Below are positions 38,888-56,145 of a DNA stretch of 64,000 bases, piece by piece; position 1 is the stretch's first letter; the number at the start of each line of letters is the position of its first letter. The notes below the pieces were generated by a model. It was not told the origin of the DNA. It did no database searches and saw only the letters and a list, made by a program, of their open reading frames with translations. The stretch comes from Octopus vulgaris. Lineage: Eukaryota. The stretch lies in contig OX597826.1 in NCBI GenBank assembly GCA_951406725.2, forward strand, positions 52,018,001-52,082,000. The letters are read 5' to 3'. The position numbers and the translations under genes are program-made.

Positions 38888-39272
38888 TTACTTCTCACTC
38901 GTTTCAGTCGTTAGACTGCGGCCATGCTGGGGCACGGCCTAACTAATCGACCCCAGTAATTAGTCTTTTTAAGCTGGATTTATTCTATCAATGTGTTTTG
39001 TCAAACCGCTAAGCTACGCGGACGTAAACACACCGACACCGATTGTCAAGAGCTGGTGGGAAACAAACACAGACACAAACACACACGCATGTATGTATAT
39101 ATATATATATATATACGACGGGCTCCTTTCAGTTTCCGTCTAACAAATCCATTCATAAGGATTTGGTCGGCCCGAGGGTATAGTAGAAGACACCTGCCCA
39201 AGGTGTTATGCAATGGAACTAAACCTTGGACCATATGGTTGGGAAGCAAGCTTCGTACCACACAGCCATACC
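38888..39272 (-). mobile_element. SINE family B, diverged copy
   Basis: gactgcggccatgctgg...gacacctgcccaaggtg...accacacagcca. Confidence 0.8.
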
Positions 39273-40746
39273 CACACATACACATACATACAAACATACA
39301 TACAAACATACATATACAAACATATATATATGAACCTATACTCTCTCTCTCTCTCTCACACACAAACAGACACACACGTATGTATAAACGATGGATTGCA
39401 TATTGATTCTTAATACGCTCAGGCAGATTTGAATGTAAATATGCTAATCACTGTTGTGTTTCGTCACTGGAGAATAAATTCTCCACAAAACAGCGATTAG
39501 CAAATTCGCGTTCGAGTCTTCCGGAACGTGTTAAGAATGAATATGCAATTCATTGTTTTGATTCTCGCTGCTCACCGTACACGTGATGCTTTATTATATG
39601 CATAACATTGTATATATATGCGTGTGTGTGTGTGAGAGAGAGTGTACACAATGTGTGTATTAGATCATACATGAATAAACGTGCAAACACCTATACAGAC
39701 ACTCGTATATATGTGCATATCACGTGTGTAACATAGATAAATAGTTTCAAAATTTAATTTTTTTCCCTTGTAATCTAATTTCGTTTTCTTTATTGTTGCT
39801 TCTGGGAAATAACATCGCTTTATCTAATTTTGTTGTTTTAATCGATGTCGGCATTGTTCGTTAACCTCATTCAAATTACCACCACCATTCTCATTGTCAC
39901 TATCATTCTATTCCCTCCCCTTGCTCTTTCCCACGACATCTTTTTCTTTATATTCTTCTCCTCCTCAGCACCATCATTATCATCATCATCATCATCACCA
40001 TCATGATCGACGTGATAGTGTGATCATCATTATCATTGTTGTCACCTTTGTCACAATCAGTCTCATCACAATCTTTATCATGATGATCGTCGTCGACATC
40101 ATCCTCCTCCTCCCCTCCTCCTCATTCCTCATCATCATCATCATCACCGCCACCACTACCACCCCCAGCGTCGTCATCATCATCACCTACTTCGTTGTCG
40201 TCTTCGACGTCATTGTCGTCGTTTTCCTCCTCCCCTCTTCCCCCTTCCGTCTCCTGCTCCCGCACCTCCTCATGCTCATCCTTTTCGTTTTACTTCTGAA
40301 CGAATACCCTTTCTCGTTATTTTTCGTTTCGTTCCTTCCTTCCTTCCCTTTCTTCGTTTTATATTCCTATCCCACTGGTTTACATCAAAAGCTCATTGTT
40401 TTCTAATTTAAAATACAATCAGTTGTTGTGGAATATCTTTCCATTATCATTTGTTCAATAGAATTTTTCGGTCGTTTCAAGCTTTTTGTGTATAATTTTG
40501 GTGGGATGTTGGGTGGTAGGGCGATGGGGGAAGCGAGGTGGTGGGGTAGTGGAGTGGTTTGTTTTTTCAATCTTTTCAAAACTACATTCAATGATTTATT
40601 TTTACTTTTAACTCATTTCATGGAGCGTTTTAAAAAAATCTAATTAAAGTTTTAAAATTTCAAAACAATAAAACCAACAATATAAATATGTGAATGTATG
40701 TGTGTATGCATGTATATACATGCATATATAAATTCGTAAAAATCTA

Positions 40747-40790
<44 letters not shown>

Positions 40791-40848
40791 CATTTATATA
40801 TACATATATATATACTTATATATTCATACATATATATATATATACATA

Positions 40849-40914
<66 letters not shown>

Positions 40915-42591
40915 AATATATATATATATAATATATATATATATATATTTGTGTATATGCATATACGAGCATAAGGAAACACACGCACATAGGCCTTTTT
41001 GACACACATACACACACACGCACACGCACGTACACACACACTCAAAGTTAAATATACTTCGGCTTCAAATTATGGCTGTTTTTCTTCTAAAATTTTCTTT
41101 CACAAAGACTAATATTTCTTTACATGCAAACCAAACAATAATTATTTGTCTTTAAATATCATTTCTCTGTTTTATTCCAAGATAAACTCCTTATAATATA
41201 TAACTTATTCACCAATATCTCTCAATTTTTGTTTCTCTATCTTCCTTTACAAATATACAATTTTTCTTTATTTCCCACTTCCGCAGTGTTTCACTCTCTT
41301 TCTCTCTCAATGCCTCACACCCTCTCTCTCGCTCTGTCTGATTTTCATCGCTTCTCGCTCCTCCCCTTCTCTCTCTCTTTCTCTCTTTCTCTCTCTCTCT
41401 CTCTTTCTCTCTCATACACACACACTCATATATACACACATATGCTCACACGAATTCATAAAGTGACTCTCAGTGGATTAAAAATATCAGAAGTGATTTG
41501 TCTTTGAAAGTAAACTTGGGATCATGAAAAGAATCTATGACTTCAATTGGTGTTTGACTGTAAAATGAAAAACGGGTGGGATAGCTCGACTGTGATCGTA
41601 TTTATTTACGAATGTTTTAAGGATATGGCTTCAACAACTGTTTTATAATACATACATACATATGACTAAAGATAGATATTTAGAGATTCATATAGAAATA
41701 GATACACAGGTGCATATAGGGATAGGCACATACTATCATAGACAGATATATACATAGAGCGATAGATATAAAAGGAGAGATAGATACATGCATGCTGAGA
41801 TAGATACACAGATCCAGAGAGACTTACACCCATAAAGAAATATACAAGCACACATATGGAGATGCATACAACATATAGAGTGTTAAATACTGCTCAGTTT
41901 CTAACATTTATACGTACCTCTGTCATCTTCAACTAACTCTATTCGCCTTGTAGCTAAATTAGGAATCCTAAACTGTGCAGAATTATAAAGCGATCCACCC
42001 GTGAGCATCACGGCATCTTATATCAAGGATTGCATTGGTTCATGTATCATTTCTTACTTATGATAACAGGATGTTATTTGGGGAGATCCCTATGCTATTT
42101 CTTGATGGACGTGGTAAATATAGTGTTTGGGGATGCAATCCTGCTGGGTTGCTTTTAACACCAACACTGTGCAGAAGAAAGAACTTGGTGTTAATATTTC
42201 ATAATGTCAAGTATGTTACAAACAGACTTATTTTCGTGACTACAAAGGTAGAAGTGAAAAATAGGCTACTAGATTTCGCAATGTTATCATTTTTTTTTTA
42301 TTCACTTTTCATTTTGTTCTTCTTTTTCTTGAAGACATTGCCCACTGAAATAAATTCGCTCGGACCTAAGATTCGAAGTAATATATAGTACAGCAGGCAC
42401 ATCTTTCGTTAAACAGTGTCCTGTATTACATCTTTGAGCATATTAATAATAGAAGCTTTGGAAATTTAGCAATTGAGAGGCAAAAGATTGATAATAAATA
42501 CATTAAGAAAATATTGCTGCCGGTTATATACAAGGAAATATGGTGTGTATGTGTAACAGATATTCAAATGTCAAACATACACACACACACA

Positions 42592-42645
<54 letters not shown>

Positions 42646-42648
42646 TTA

Positions 42649-42708
<60 letters not shown>

Positions 42709-42779
42709 GTGTGTGTGTGTATATATACATATATATATATACATACACATTTTGTATATACATATATACATATACAAAC

Positions 42780-42816
<37 letters not shown>

Positions 42817-42880
42817 GATACATACATAATATATATATATACATATATAAATTTTTGCGTGTGAATGAATATGTATGTAT

Positions 42881-42944
<64 letters not shown>

Positions 42945-43215
42945 TAGTCACATATGTGCAGGTGCGGGATGTATGTGTACAGAGACTAAGCAGAAGAGAA
43001 AAAGGAAAGAGCGAGACAGATTAATTAACTATAAAGTAATTAGATGAATTGTTTGAAGTTATCAGGCAAGTAATTAGACAATATTGTTTGTATAATAACA
43101 TTCATCGACTTTCATTCAGCTCAAAACATACTTAATGTTTGTCTAGATCTCTCTATTGACGATGAGAAAAATATGCTCTATCACTTCACTGCTAATCTCA
43201 CACAAACACACACAC

Positions 43216-43286
<71 letters not shown>

Positions 43287-43699
43287 CGAGCACATTCGTA
43301 TTAAATAGAGTACTCAATAAATTATGGAATATTTATAAATGTCTATATATGATGTGTACGTCTACGCAATTTAATGTTGTAAAGCTATATATGTGTGTGC
43401 GTCTCTGTGTGAAATATCATTTATGACAAACTTCAGTCAGAAGCAAAAATAAATTATATCTATCTGTCAATCCATCTGTCAGTACACACACACACACACA
43501 CTCAAACGCACATACACGCGCGGGCATACATGCACATACAGATATATTTAAATATAATAGAATAATATTAGCATAGCCACCAGTTAGTTTAATACTACAA
43601 ATATTTTAAATGACTAAAGTAGTTATATTTGATGATTCCTATTGGGCAATCAGTTACTATAGATATGAAACTTTAGTCATCGTCTAAATAATAATAATA

Positions 43700-44236
43700 A
43701 TGCAATGTTGACCTCGGCGGAATTTGAACCTAGAACGTAAATACAGACGAAATACCAAGAAGCATATCGCCCGGCGTGCTAACGATTCTGCCAGCTCACC
43801 GCCTTATAGACAATTGGCTGAAGTAGATTGAAATAGAATGCCCGGTAGAGCTCTTACAGAAAGTTTGTCTCTTAGGGACAGCAAGAATTATCAGGAGGGT
43901 TCATAATAATAATAATAATGGTTTTAAATTTAGCCACAAGGGCAGGAGTTTTTTTTTCCGGGGGGGATGGGTCGATGTATTTTTGTACCCTTATGTTACT
44001 TTGATGGCGTGCATTGCTCTCTCACTCAATAATATTAATAATGGCGTCAAAATTTGGCACAAGGCCAGAAATTTCGAGGGAGAGGAGTAAGTTGCTTATA
44101 TCGACCCCAGTGTTCAACTGGTAACATTTTCTTGACCCCGAAAGGATGAAAGGCAAAGTCGACCTTTGCAGAATTTGAACACAAAACGTAAAGTCGGAGG
44201 AAATGCCGCTAAGCATTTTGCCCGGCGGGATAATGA
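43700..44236 (-). mobile_element. SINE A copies and fragments interspersed with TAA tracts
   Basis: Reverse-complement head at 43705-43803 and a near-full copy at 44040-44235. Confidence 0.8.
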
Positions 44237-44274
44237 TTCTGCCAACTTGCCGCGTTTAAAATAATAATAATAAT

Positions 44275-44350
<76 letters not shown>

Positions 44351-44397
44351 GCAATAATAATAATAATAATAGCAATAATAATAATAATAATAATATA

Positions 44398-45009
44398 GAT
44401 AAGTGAATGTTTTAGTAGACAGCATAAGAGAATTAATTAGCTTTAGCATGAAGAAATGGAAAGTAGATCTCTACTCAGGTGACTCACTCTTAGGGAATGT
44501 TAATATCAAAAGAGGAATTTGTCAGGGGGATTCGTTGTCCCCTTTAATATTTGTGTTATGTTTGATCTCCCTCAGCTTAGTATTAAGGAAGGCAAAGCCA
44601 GGGTATCAGTTCAGAAATAGTATGGGAAAAATAAATCATTTGCTCTACATGGATGATCTGAAGTTTTGTAATAAGAATGAAAACGAGATAGATTCCTTAA
44701 TACAGACTGTAAGACTCTTCAGCAAAGATATAGGCATCGACTTGGCATAGATAAATGTGCAATATTAGTCATGAGAAGGGGACATGTAATCAACAGCGAA
44801 GGCATCAAATTACCTGATGGCCAGACATTAAAACTATTGTTCTAAGTATCTGGGAGTATTAGAATCTGACAGAGTACTAACTATAGAAATGAAAAGGAAA
44901 ATTGAGAAGGGTGGGGAAGATAATGAAGTCAAAGCTAAATGGCCCGAATCTAGTGAAGGCTGGAAATACTTGAGCAGTATCATTGCTTAGATACTCAACG
45001 GCTTTTGTA
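44398..45009 (+). pseudogene. Decayed Dong/R4-type RT fragment following (TAA)n
   Basis: IKRGICQGDSLSPLIFVL...INHLLYMDDLK, then frameshifted KYLGVLE and a NT*AVSLLRYS remnant. Confidence 0.88.
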
Positions 45010-46268
45010 TCAGGTCATCCCATAAGTTCTGTCCGAATTTTGAATAAAGAAAACAAGTGATCAAATGTTATATTTAATTGAAATTTAATCATCAATGTAC
45101 TTTCCCTGATTATCTATGACTTCCATCCATCTATTTACAAGCATTTTAATCCCATCAATGTAAAGCTCTTTTGGTTTCAAAGCGAAGAACTCTGAAATGT
45201 CAGTTTCGACCTCCTCCTGGCTTGCGAAGGTTATGTCCTCCAAATGATTCTGTAAACTACGAAACAAATGGTAGTCTGAAAGAGCAAGGTTGGAAGAATA
45301 AGATGGATGAGGAATTTTTTCACAACCAAGCTCTTCGATCGTCTTTGATGTGATCTTTGCAGTGTGGGGTCACGCATTGTCCTGATGAGACATCACTCCT
45401 TTTCGATTCCATAAAGCTGGGTTTTTTTCTTCAAAGCTTGGTTCAAGCGCTCTAATTGCTGACAGTAAGCTTGAGCATTGATTGTTGCATTAGGCGGTAA
45501 CAATTCAAAGTGAATTACCCCTTTGAAATCCCACCAGATAGAGGGAAATACCTTTTTCCCCATGAAGTTTCCTTCTCAGTTGTGGTTAAGCCTTCCCCTT
45601 TTACCAACACACTGTTTACGATGTTTAACATTTCGATAGAAGATCAATTTTTTTCGTCCCCAGTCACAAATCTATCCAAAAATGGTGAAATGAATTCGTT
45701 TGGATGGAGAGAAGAGCAGATGTCATCTCGAAGTTTGCGATTGCTTTTGGACAATTCATAAGGTACCCATTTTCCAAGTTTAGGAACCTTTCCAAGTTGT
45801 TGAAGATGACGATGAGCAGTTGTATGGTTTGAACTAAGCTTTATTGCCAATTCTTCAACTGATAATGCAGGATTTTCTTCAAGTAATGCCTCAAGGAGCT
45901 TATCATCAAACTCAATTGGACGTCCTGTTCTATTTTAATCTTCAAGGCTGAGATCTTCACTTCTGAAGTTTGCAAACCATCGTCTGCAAGTTCTTTCATT
46001 CAAGCATTCTTTCCCATAAACTGAGTGTATGTTTCGAGTCGCTTCGGCTGCAGAGTTTTCTTTTTTTTTTTTACTCATAAAGCATTATGTGCCTCAAATG
46101 CTCTTTGGATACTTCCATGTTAGAAAGGATTTAAATCAAATAAATTTTAATTCTATTATTCTGTAACATAATATTTAATTAGTTTAAATGAACACAAATG
46201 CATAAAAATAATTTTTAATTGCATTAGACATTCTAAAATACTATTAAATTTCATTCAATTTTAAAAAT
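45010..46268 (-). mobile_element. Near full-length decayed mariner (transposase pseudogene 46118 to 45085)
   Basis: MEVSKEHLRH, KWVPYEL (WVPHEL), VTGDEK, HQDNA*PH, SDYHLFRSLQNHL and GKYIDD*, with stops and frameshifts. One TIR-like end ta|tcaggtcatcccataagttc at about 45010. The other end is not recognisable. Confidence 0.92.
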
Positions 46269-46269
46269 C

Positions 46270-47621
<1,352 letters not shown>

Positions 47622-48304
47622 TTTGTCTCTCAATTTCACTTGATATTCAATACTGATATTTAAAAATGCAATTATATCACACGCAAATTTCCAAAAGTGT
47701 TTATTTTCAACATGAGTCTAAGGCTGCAAAAATATACTGCCTGGGGACGGGGCCCCGCAAAATGTAATGCCTGTTAGATGATTGAGGCTGCAAGAAAGAA
47801 CATACGCGGAATAAATAACATCGACATTTTTGGAGACATTCTATTAAATTTGGAACACAAATTACTGTATAGAAAAATATAACAGCAAATAGATTTCTCA
47901 ATCTCCTCCGATGTCAATTGCGTCAATGTCAGAATGAGAGCAGATGCAGAAAGCAATATTTTGTAACATCAAGAAACGTCGAGGTATTCCAAAAGTAATT
48001 TCATTCTCCAACTAGAAACATGTTATCAGTTGAACACGATTCAGACGTTATTTACGAAAAAAAAAAGCTAGCAAAAATAATTTACAAGACGAAAAGCGAT
48101 ACGTAATTGAGGATAATGTCGCTAAGTTGGAAGATCTAAAATGCATGTATATGCGACACTTACATATATGCATACATATCAACATACGTATATGTGTTTA
48201 CGCGTACACACACACACATGTTATATATATATATACATACACATGCGCATATATTATACATATATATTTATATATACACACACACATGTGCATATATAGT
48301 ATAA

Positions 48305-48355
<51 letters not shown>

Positions 48356-48455
48356 TGTGTGCGTATACATACACATGTGCATACATATATAGATATATAC
48401 GTGTATGTATTCGTATATATATATACATATATATATTTATATGTATATATGCATG

Positions 48456-48501
<46 letters not shown>

Positions 48502-49416
48502 CATACATGTGTGTGTATGCCGGTATACATGCATGCCGGTATAAATAAATAAATATATATATATATATATATGGGGGGTCTCTGTGTGTCTGTGTGTACG
48601 CGAGTGTGTGTGTGTATGTGTGTGTGTGTGTGTGTAGTCCATGTGTCTGTGTGTGAGAGTGTGTCCGCTTCCGCTGAGTATATATACGTAATGTATCTAT
48701 GTGTACATTTATGTATGTATGTTCGTCTTTTACTCTTCCAATTTGTATCTCTCTCCCTGTCCCGAAACAAGGTCATAAATTTAGGTCACCCCCACAACAT
48801 TAATCCTCATCCTTTGACTCTGGACAATTGTATAGTTATCTATGTTATAGATCTCTTCGCCTAATGTCGCCGTGTGGTTAAATTTATCGTCTTCCATCGG
48901 ACGTACCTTGGTAACAATGGCTCTGCCAGTACTGGTTGGTACATCGCCAGCTTTTTTCCTCCTTCGTTTTCTTCTACATATTCCTTTCCTTCTCCTTCTA
49001 CCAATTCTTCGCTTTCGCATTCTTCTACTCGTTTTCCTCCCCTCCTTTTTTTCCCTCCTATCATCTTCTTGATCTCCACGCCAACATAATATCTTCCTCA
49101 CAGACCCATTCCGCACATACACTTTTAACTTTTCCTTTTTATTTCCTCCCGGTACTTTACTAACAACCAGGTCTAATAGACGCTCAATGTGATAGCATGA
49201 CTTTGATGCAATTCTGCGAAAGTACCTCTCCAATGCCTAAAACCACATGTATTACGTAACTTTTCTGTTAGAATTTTCCTGTAAACTGGCGTTACATATG
49301 GAAGTGGCACTAAAACATGTGTAACTTATAATTGTGTTAAAGACTTTTCTTTGTCTTCTTGTTTTCATTGGATCGAGTACACACACACACATATGTATAT
49401 GTATATGGATATATAC

Positions 49417-49487
<71 letters not shown>

Positions 49488-49610
49488 CATATATACATAT
49501 ATATATATACGTACGTATATATATGTGTGTGTATATATGTGTGTGTATATTATATATGTGCGTATAAATATATATACGTATGTGTGTGTGTATATATATA
49601 TGTGTATATA

Positions 49611-49667
<57 letters not shown>

Positions 49668-49742
49668 GTCTCATTTCTAACTCTCTATAGATAGACAGAC
49701 AGACAGCCAGATAGATAGACAGACAAACAGACAGACAGATAG

Positions 49743-49803
<61 letters not shown>

Positions 49804-52781
49804 TAGAGAGAGAGGGGGGGGCAAGAAGGAAGAAAAAGATGAAAGTGCAAAGATAAATTAAGTGAAAATATCCATTCTCGGAGAATCGAAAAATAAAAGT
49901 TTTGAGAAAATGCCTATAGTTCTTCTCCCTCAGCAAAAAATGAAAAACTGGATAAAAGTATGACAAACATGAATATAGAGGCATTAATACAATAATATAC
50001 AAGGTATACAAGTGTTAGGGTGAATACAGGAAATTAAGTAGAACAAAAATGAAATGATAGGAGATCTGTTGCTTAAAACTAGAGATAAGCTAAATCAACG
50101 TTACTGAAAACAGAGACTGTTGTTGCTGCTGTCGTTGTTGTTATTGTTTTGGGAGAGGCAAAGTGATAGGAGATTTGGTGAGTGAATGCAATATGGATTT
50201 TGAAGCAAAGAAAACAACAAATTGGGAGGTATTTCAACGAAAGTAATACTTGTAGAGCTGGCAGCGTATCTAGAACTTGGGTCGCCGGGACAGCCCTTAA
50301 GTGTGATGTGTTCCTTCTAATGCATGTGTAAATTTCTCCCCCCCCCCCCCCAAATACCGTCCTCTCGCTTCTCTTATCTGTTCAAGTTTTATTTAGAGCC
50401 ATATTTATCATGGGATGGTCAGTAGAGTAATTCTGCTAATTTGGTTGAAGCATTTATTGTAAGGAACCAGATTCAGCCTCAGTCTGAGAGATGGGAGAAC
50501 ATGAAGCTAGTTGTGCAATAAATATAAAACTGTTCCGAGTTGGTGGAGATGAACGATGAGCGACTCCCTACACTTGTTATAGGCTGTGATCATCCGATTA
50601 CGGCGTCAGTGCATCTTGACTGAACTTCTTGCGGCGGGGTTAGTGGGTTATAGGGTTAAATTTGCGTGAGATGTGAAGGGTCATAGGTAAGAGAATAGGT
50701 TCGGCTACATGTATGTCACAAGTGAGTTATAAAAGGAAGCACATTTTCAGAGATAATGGCCATATATTGTCAAACTGCCGATTAATTATTTGATTTGTAG
50801 ATCTTAGGCTAGATTACGGTAGCTTGTGGAAAGGATTTATAGTTTTGAAATATTTTGATGGGGTGGAAAAGAAGAATGATTAGAAACGGGGGGGGGGATA
50901 AAAGAGTAAGTTATAACACATGAGTAAACGCAAATTCGATCTGGAAGTGAACTGAGTAAAGAACTGTTTTTGGATAAAACTAACTTTCTACATATTTCAA
51001 TAAAATTATGGGTTGTAACCCAAGTGTATTAATGTCATTTATATTCTTTAAAACAGAAGATTATTATTTCAGAAATGCTGAATTCTGATGCGTTCTTGGT
51101 AATTCACAAATCCATCCTTATTAATTTAGTGAAATCCCTATCTGGTCACTCGATTTGCTAGTGATAGCAATCAAATGTATTTTAAATTATACCCTCCCGC
51201 ACAATTTCGGATTGGCTTTGGCTTGAATGACTTTAGCTCTGCTGGATTAGTCTGACCGAGGACTAAACAAAGCAACAAACCAGTAACCCTTTTGTTAAAA
51301 TAGCTACCGTTCTACAAACCGTTTGACAAGTGATAGAATATACCGAATGCACTGCATCTATTTGTTTAAGAGTGCGTTTTCGCACTCTCTTATTTGATTT
51401 CTGATGCTTTCATATCAAGATAGCTTTAAAAACAGAAACGATTACTGGCTGAAGAAATATTGCTAAATGTTTGGTAAAAAAAATCAGTTAGAAACATTGT
51501 ATTGTCCTCAGCAATTTGGTAAGCATCAGCGTCAAGCATTTTATTGAAATTTATTATCAAAGTAAAACCTAATGCAAAACGCAACAGAATTTAAGAATTA
51601 TAACCAAATGTATTGTCAAGTTAATTTCAGAAATTTAACGAATAAAATAAATTTTCATAAAATTTTGATTAATAACTTAACGAAATTATTATTAAAATGC
51701 AATAAAAATTTATTTTAAAATATAAAGTAATTCAAAATATTATTTTGATAAAAACTTTCGTAAAATTATAATTAAAGTAATTAAAAATTAACTAAAATCT
51801 GATTAAATGTAATCAAAATTCTGATTAAATTTAATTGAGATCTAAGGACATCTAATTGAATATTTAATTAAATTTTAATTCACCTTTAACTAAATGTTAA
51901 TTAAAATCTATTTAAGACATATGCATTATGAAAATAATGTGTATAGATCAACGGTAGATATGGGTTATATCGTTCCATGTTTGTTAATTGCGATAAACTA
52001 GGATATTATGTTTTTCCTTTGCTTATTATAATGAGACAGAATTAAAAGAGTTTTTTTTTATAACCTGACCATTAAATCTTCTGGTGTAATTTACAATACA
52101 TCTACAAGTGACTGATGACGTGGTGGCTTACTGACTAGTTAGAAATTGCAACTAAATCTCCCTCTCCCTCTTTCACACCATACTCTTCAATGTTTAATAA
52201 ATCGAGAAGCGTTTTGGATAATATGACTGTATTTCGCTTGGAATTTCCGACCATGAGTATTCAGTTATTTGATCAACTAAATTACCAAATTCTTTGAGTT
52301 GGCATGTAAGCGGCTGAATATTCAGCAGACAGGTGTAGTCCCAACATAACCTCCAGGCAGAATCAGTGTGACACAGTGTGTAACAAGGCCGGGTCATTAA
52401 ATCGCAGATTCAGTCCACTCAACGAGTATCTACACAGTTTGATTCTGCCAAAATTTCACAAGGCTTAAGGCTATAGAATATGACACGTAGTGGTCTCGAA
52501 CCCGAACTTCTTAAACATTCGACCATACAGCACACACACACACACGCACATGCAAAGGTGTGTGTGTGTGTGTATGTATATATGTATGTGAGAGTGTATG
52601 TATGTATGTGTGTGTGTGTATATGTGTATGAGTGTGTGAGTGTGTGTGTATGTGTGCATGTGTTGGATGGTAGTCTCAGATAAACTATAAGATTTGATGG
52701 TTACAATAATACTCTCCTTAACAGTTCTGCTTAATATGGGCTGATTTACTCTAAACAACCACAGTGGGTATTAAATTAAAT

Positions 52782-53012
52782 AAGGCGGCGAGCTGGCAGA
52801 AACGTTAGCACTCAGGGCGAAATGCTTACCAATATTTCGTCTGCCGCTACGTTCTGAGTTCAAATTCCGCCGAGGTCGACTTTGCCTTTCATCCTTTCGG
52901 GGTCGATAAATTAAGTACTAGTTACGCACTGGGGTTGATGTATTCGACTTAATCCGTTTGTCTGTCCTTGTTTGACCTCTCTGTGTCTATCTCCTTGTGG
53001 GTAGTAAAGAAA
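52782..53012 (+). mobile_element. Full-length SINE family A with 17-bp TSD
   Basis: TSD tgggtattaaattaaat at 52765-52781 and 53013-53029. Box A tggcagaaacgttag and box B gagttcaaattcc. Confidence 0.93.
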
Positions 53013-54816
53013 TGGGTATTAAATTAAATGGTCTTCATTTTAACATTTGTTGTGCAACTGAAGTATTCCAAGGTACAACTAAGGGCATGATGACATGCAT
53101 TCTTTCTGCCACTGGCAGTGACTACTGGTAATTCTATGGCTGTAGTACGGTCAAATGATTAAGAATGACACTTTTCTATCAAAAGTCTCAAGTGCGATTT
53201 TACTGTCTAGAATGTTAGTCAGGTATCTTTTACCATAGTCACAAGTTGAACCGAGGCTTATAAGAGAAATTCGGTAAACGAAACACAAGAATCTCATCGA
53301 ATGGGTCGTGCCCGTAACAAAAAAGGTAGAGCCCCATCATGCATAGACACGTGTGATTAAAACCTGCTAGAATTATTCCGCCATTTTCACTTTAATTCAA
53401 CGAGCATGAAGCTCAGTTGATCGAGCAACTAAATAGTCGTCATCGCCGATACCGATGGAAATCCATTTAGTAGGTAATTCTATCCCTTAGCAAGCGGCAG
53501 TACCGCTCACTTTTCAAACATTTCAGCCAGACAACATCGACCCGATAACGAAGAAAATATACTTTGAAAATCTCTATCGATATTCTGGCAACAGGTTTGA
53601 CATATGAACTGTTTCCGTTTTAACACACTGTTACATTCCGATTCACTGATTATCTACACTGGCTGCCTTCAGTTATGTAACTCTTACGAATATACCGTCT
53701 ATTTATTTATTTATTTTTAAATATTCAATTATATTTGAACTCACTTTTAACAGTCTTTTCTGTCAGAATATCCTAACAAACGTCACTAGTTCAATCGCAC
53801 CAGCTTTACTCTTTTTTTCGTATAAGAACGAAAAATCGTAAAGTCTTCAAACATTCTTTCATATTTCACCTCCTTTCTTCCCCTTCAGAATTAAAGATTA
53901 ACTTTTAAATTTGAAATTTTACCTATACACACATGTGAATATAAATGTGTGTGTGTGTGCGCGCGCATGTGTTTTATTATGTGCTGAAAGAGAAGGCTAT
54001 AAAAAGAAAATGTGTTTTTAAGTCTAAATTTCCTTCTAATGGTCTTCCATAGTTATAACGATTGCAGAGTATACATAGAAAACAATAAAACCAGAGAGTC
54101 TGTTCTGAAATCGACATGTGTAAATTACACATACCATTTTTACAAGTGTTTCAGAGAAGATTGTAAGGCCGAATTATACAATTTTCACCCGTTGGAATTA
54201 GATCTTTCTGTCATCAATTTATTTCAGAATATGAAACAAGTTCTGATGACGTGAAGAACTAATATGTATACAGGACCATGATTACACAACTTACTGTTAA
54301 GACCTAGCTGAGATTTTCAGACACACACACACATTGCATAGTTCTGGTCATCTTGAACTTTACAATAAATTCTTCTCAATTCTTAGTGCTTATTTATCTC
54401 ATTAGAAAAATTTGTCGGTTGTTGTTCTTAAAATAGTTTGAAAGTAATAACCTTAATTTAATTGTGAAAAAGCACGGCATCAGACTATAAGCTGATGTAA
54501 AAAGTACTACTGCCTAAGCTGATAACTAAGTACCACTCTTCTACAATCGACTGCACATATACGCATTATGCAGTAATCTTTAACTTTCAATCATTCACGT
54601 GCAATGGCGTCGGAAATGGAATGGGATAGAAACAATTGTAACTAATAATGAAATTGGACTATATTCACTTTACTTGCATCATTATACACACATACACACA
54701 CACACACATACACACACACACACATATGCATGTTATTAACCTCCATGTAACATCATATACATAGACATACATATATATGTGTATATGAATAATGAATATT
54801 TGTGCGTGTGTATATA

Positions 54817-54875
<59 letters not shown>

Positions 54876-55267
54876 TATATAAAAGGGCTTAGTAAAATAA
54901 ATTACTTTGCCACATACTGAACTCATTAGAAATAGCAGCTAAAAAAATTTTTTTAAAACTATTTCTAATACTTAAAGGAAATCTCTCTCATATAGTGTTT
55001 GCTCAAGTCAACTCACGAAGGTATGAGGGTAAAAACATTAAAAAATCACAAATGCAAAGGTTATTTGAGAACGTACGTTTCTAGATTAGTCAAATCGACA
55101 TTTCTTTCGTCAGCTCAGAACTCCTTGATTTGGATTTGGGAACACTGGGGTCGATGGAATCGACTTAATCGCTTTGTCTGTCCTTGTTTGTCCCCTCTCT
55201 GTTTAGCCCCTTGTGGGTAGTAAAGAAATATATATGTATATATACATATATCATATATATATACATA

Positions 55268-55305
<38 letters not shown>

Positions 55306-55910
55306 TAGACATATATACATATATAGAACCAGACAGAGAGAGAGATAGAAATACACACCCTCACGCATATGCAAATATGTGCGTATATGTGCATGTATGT
55401 GTGTGTATGTACGTGCGTGTGTGTATGCATACATACATTCTATTTTACAAATTCCTTATTATCAATACTTACAGCTTTTTCAAATGGAAGCAGTATGGTT
55501 ACTAGCTGCATGGGTGTTCGAAGCAAAACTAAATGTGTGTAATTAAAGCTATTACAATTACAACTAATGACAAGTTTACAATAATTGTTCTAGAAACTGC
55601 ACATCTCATGATGCTAGTATGAATATTGATTGCTTTCATTATATGTAATACAATAACTTGTATGTTGTATCTGGTTATATCATATCCAACAATCTGACAT
55701 CATAGAATTAATTTCTTGAAACTTACTGAAATCCTTTTTTTGTTTTTCACACAAACTAGACGTTCAGAATCTATTTAAAGCAGTTATAAATTAACTTGCT
55801 AAGATGTTTATTGTAAATGATGTTAGAAATTTATATAAACACAAATACAGAACATCAAGAAGAAGAGACAGGACGACACTCTGATGGGACACAGTATATC
55901 TTAAAGTATC

Positions 55911-56145
55911 CTAAGGCGGCGAGCTGGCAGAATCGTTAGCACGTCGAGTGAAATGCCGAGCGGTATTTCGTCTGCCGTTACGTTGTGAGTTCAATTTCCG
56001 CCGAGGTCGACTTTGCCTTTCATCCTTTCGGGGTCGGTAAATTAAGTACCAGTTACGCACTGGGGTCGATATAATCGACTTAATCCGTCTGTCTGTCCCT
56101 GTTTGTCCCCTCTGTGTTTAGCCCCTTGTGGGTAGTAAAGAAATA
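55911..56145 (+). mobile_element. Full-length SINE family A with 18-bp TSD
   Basis: TSD agtatatcttaaagtatc at 55893-55910 and 56146-56163. Confidence 0.93.

Noticed and set aside
39894-40406. 170-aa His-rich hydrophobic ORF resembling a membrane protein
   Set aside because: Degenerate (CAT)/(CGT)/(CCT) low-complexity sequence with no domain or splice support.
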